Source: the human T2T-CHM13v2.0 reference genome, Homo sapiens. From it: 64,000 nucleotides of DNA. This document shows positions 61,537 through 64,000 of this stretch, one piece after another. The first letter of the stretch is position 1, and every line of letters starts with the position of its first letter. Position numbers and translations under genes: made by a program. The stretch is from NCBI RefSeq assembly GCF_009914755.1, contig NC_060947.1, one strand, 5' to 3'. The notes under the pieces are model-generated. The model did not search any database, had not been told where the DNA came from, and was given only the letters and a program-made list of their open reading frames with translations.

Positions 61537-63117
61537 TATTTTAAGATCCTTTATTAATCTGATATAATATTGTTAATTCCTGAATGAAAAATATTTACAG
61601 AGATCTTGTCCTCTTCTAAGTTCTAAAATAATACCATTATATTTACCGATCAGTAAATAATGGGGTAAATGTTAGCTTCAAATTAAGTATGTTGTATACC
61701 TGTCACCAGTGTAAGGCTGAATATTACCATGTTGTCATAGGCAAAAACTACTGGCCAATCCATTAATTAAATTCTGATTGTACTTTTGTTAAGGTTATTT
61801 GTTTTATATAAAGTGATAAGCATTCATTTTGTTTCATATTAGCAATCCAGGCTCAGCCATTTTAGACATATGGTATTACTGAAATGACTTTTTAGAATTA
61901 AAATCTACCCAGTGATTTCTCAATAGTTCCATACCATGAAATTTACTACTTATTTTTCTAATCTCTTATTTTCAGTGAAGACACATGTATTTTCAGGTAT
62001 CTAAATATATAATTAACAAAGGTATAGGAAATTAACATTGTAGCAATTGCTTCATGTAAGTACTAAATGTATGCTTTTTCTGAAATGGTATTGTTGGTTG
62101 TTATTATTAAATCTATATTTCAGATTTGAAGTTAATTAATATTAATATTTTTATTTATGAAGTAAGTATTTTGAAATGCAAACCACTTTTATAGGTAAAA
62201 TTTGGGTAGTTTTTCCCCGAAAATAAATTTAAAGTAACAATCTTCTTTGGAGGGGACAAAAATTCATTAACTGAATCATCTAGTTTGTTCTGATTTACTT
62301 AAATTATTTAATATTAAAAATGTGAATCCCTTATTGTGATTTTTTTTCTTTAAAGTTCCATCACTATCCATAATTTAAAGTTTCCACTTGCTCTTAAAGT
62401 TTGTATGATTTCAGGATTTCTGTATAATTTTTAAACTTTAATGTAGTTTTTTCTAAAAATGGTTCTATTTAAATGGAAAGTGGAATCTTGTCCTTTTTAC
62501 TGGGGGAAGGGATTGCTACAGATACACACTACCTTTTAATTATCGATGTAGATATGATTGGATATAATTAGTAAAACTTTATCAATAAGAAAGGTGGAAA
62601 ATACAGGATACTACAAAATAGAAGGAGAAAATTTATGTAAATTATATTTTATCACTCTTCTGGTTCCAGTTATAATTGAAGTGTCTCATTAGAAAACTAC
62701 TTTCCATTGTATAATATATCAAGTATAATAAGTTAATAACATACCAATATTTTAATTTCCCATTGTAACTTTTATTTTGCCACAGAATATGCAGTATGGG
62801 TTTTTGGGGAGAGTGAGAGAGTTTCTTTCTTAGGAATATTGAATTACCATGCTGCATTTTATCAGTCTCACAGGCAATTCACTTATCAAGTAGTTATTTA
62901 ATTGAGTATAGGCTTCTTCAGACAAACTTTAGAAACCAGAATGTTCAGATAGTAATTTCTCACCAGTTTAAAGATAGCGTCTGTCTTCATGGATTTATTT
63001 CTGGGGCGTGTGGCAGTTTTAATTTGATAGAGTAATTTTTTATATAAACGAGGTTACAATGTACTTGAAAATTCACCAATTGCTTCACTTTCTTTTCTGA
63101 TGCTGTCTTTTTCTTAG

Positions 63118-63228
<111 letters not shown>

Positions 63229-63597
63229 TAACAACTTATATATCTCACATGATTGAGGTTAACATCTAAGGATAAGGACATGAACAGATAGTAGATACAA
63301 TTTAAAAGAGATACTGAGTTAGTAGCATTCATTCTGTTCAAATTTCCCTTTTTTTTTGTTTAGAATAGCTGTTTACTTAAAGTAAATCAGGTGTTTTCAG
63401 CCAGAGATTTGTCTTTGTATTTTCTGATTCATGACAAGTTATTGTGACATCTGAAAGAATTCATTTCCATCTGTCAAATGATTTGGTTATTTAAAGAAAC
63501 TAAACTCATGCGAGAAATAAATATCAGATAAGTCAGGTTTTCTGAATACTTCCAGTATAATTCAGCTTAATTCAGTGGAAGGGCAGCATGGTATAGC

Positions 63598-63780
63598 TGA
63601 GTGGTTTTCACAGTGACATTCCTGGACACCAGCATTAGCCTCCCTTTGGAACTTGCTATATATGCAAACTGTTAGGCCCTACCCCAGACCTACTAAATCA
63701 GAAATTCTGGAGACCAGCCTATTTCTTAATAAGAGATTCTATTTTAACAAGTGAATCTGAGGCATATTTGCGAACCACCA
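63598..63780. mobile_element. MER5A-like hAT-Charlie element, apparently nested in a MIR that continues to about 63960
   Basis: agtggttttca...ggaacttg...atgcaaa...ccccagacctactaaatcagaaattctgg...gaaccac; MIR core ttgggcaagacatttaacctctc...cagtttc follows. Confidence 0.7.
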
Positions 63781-64000
63781 TAAGCAGTGGGCCAGAAGTC
63801 CACAGGCCTATGTCTTTACAACCAGTTCTGCATCTTAATGGCAGTGTAATTTTGGGCAAGACATTTAACCTCTCATTGCTTCAGTTTCTTCGACTATAAT
63901 TGGAAACAAATTATCTGCACTACATACCTCACTAGGTTGTAATGAAAATTAAATAAGCTAAGAAAAGGCCATGCTATAGAGAACTATCTGTGTTATAGAG

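Overview
AT-rich primate (human-like) genomic DNA lying entirely inside one + strand gene, recognised from its translated exons as CNKSR2 (connector enhancer of KSR 2, an X-linked neuronal scaffold). Four short GT-AG coding exons (6024-6111, 36096-36137, 55789-55908, 63118-63177; probably exons 4-7) splice in frame to give (R)[103 protein letters not shown], the end of the CRIC domain and the start of the PDZ domain. The rest is intron, densely filled with Alu, L1, L2, MIR, solo LTRs and DNA-transposon relics; the listed ORFs are repeat-derived or chance. I see no evidence of a new multi-gene system. The most notable sequence-level signals are: a MADE1 palindrome that has captured a templated copy of DNA from 1260 bp upstream; a quasi-palindrome template-switch mutation inside an Alu; several candidate stop-containing cryptic exons and recursive-splice-like sites; and an L1 that keeps both ends but lacks its middle. 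Repeat subfamily names and exon numbers come from recall of consensus sequences, not from database searches.
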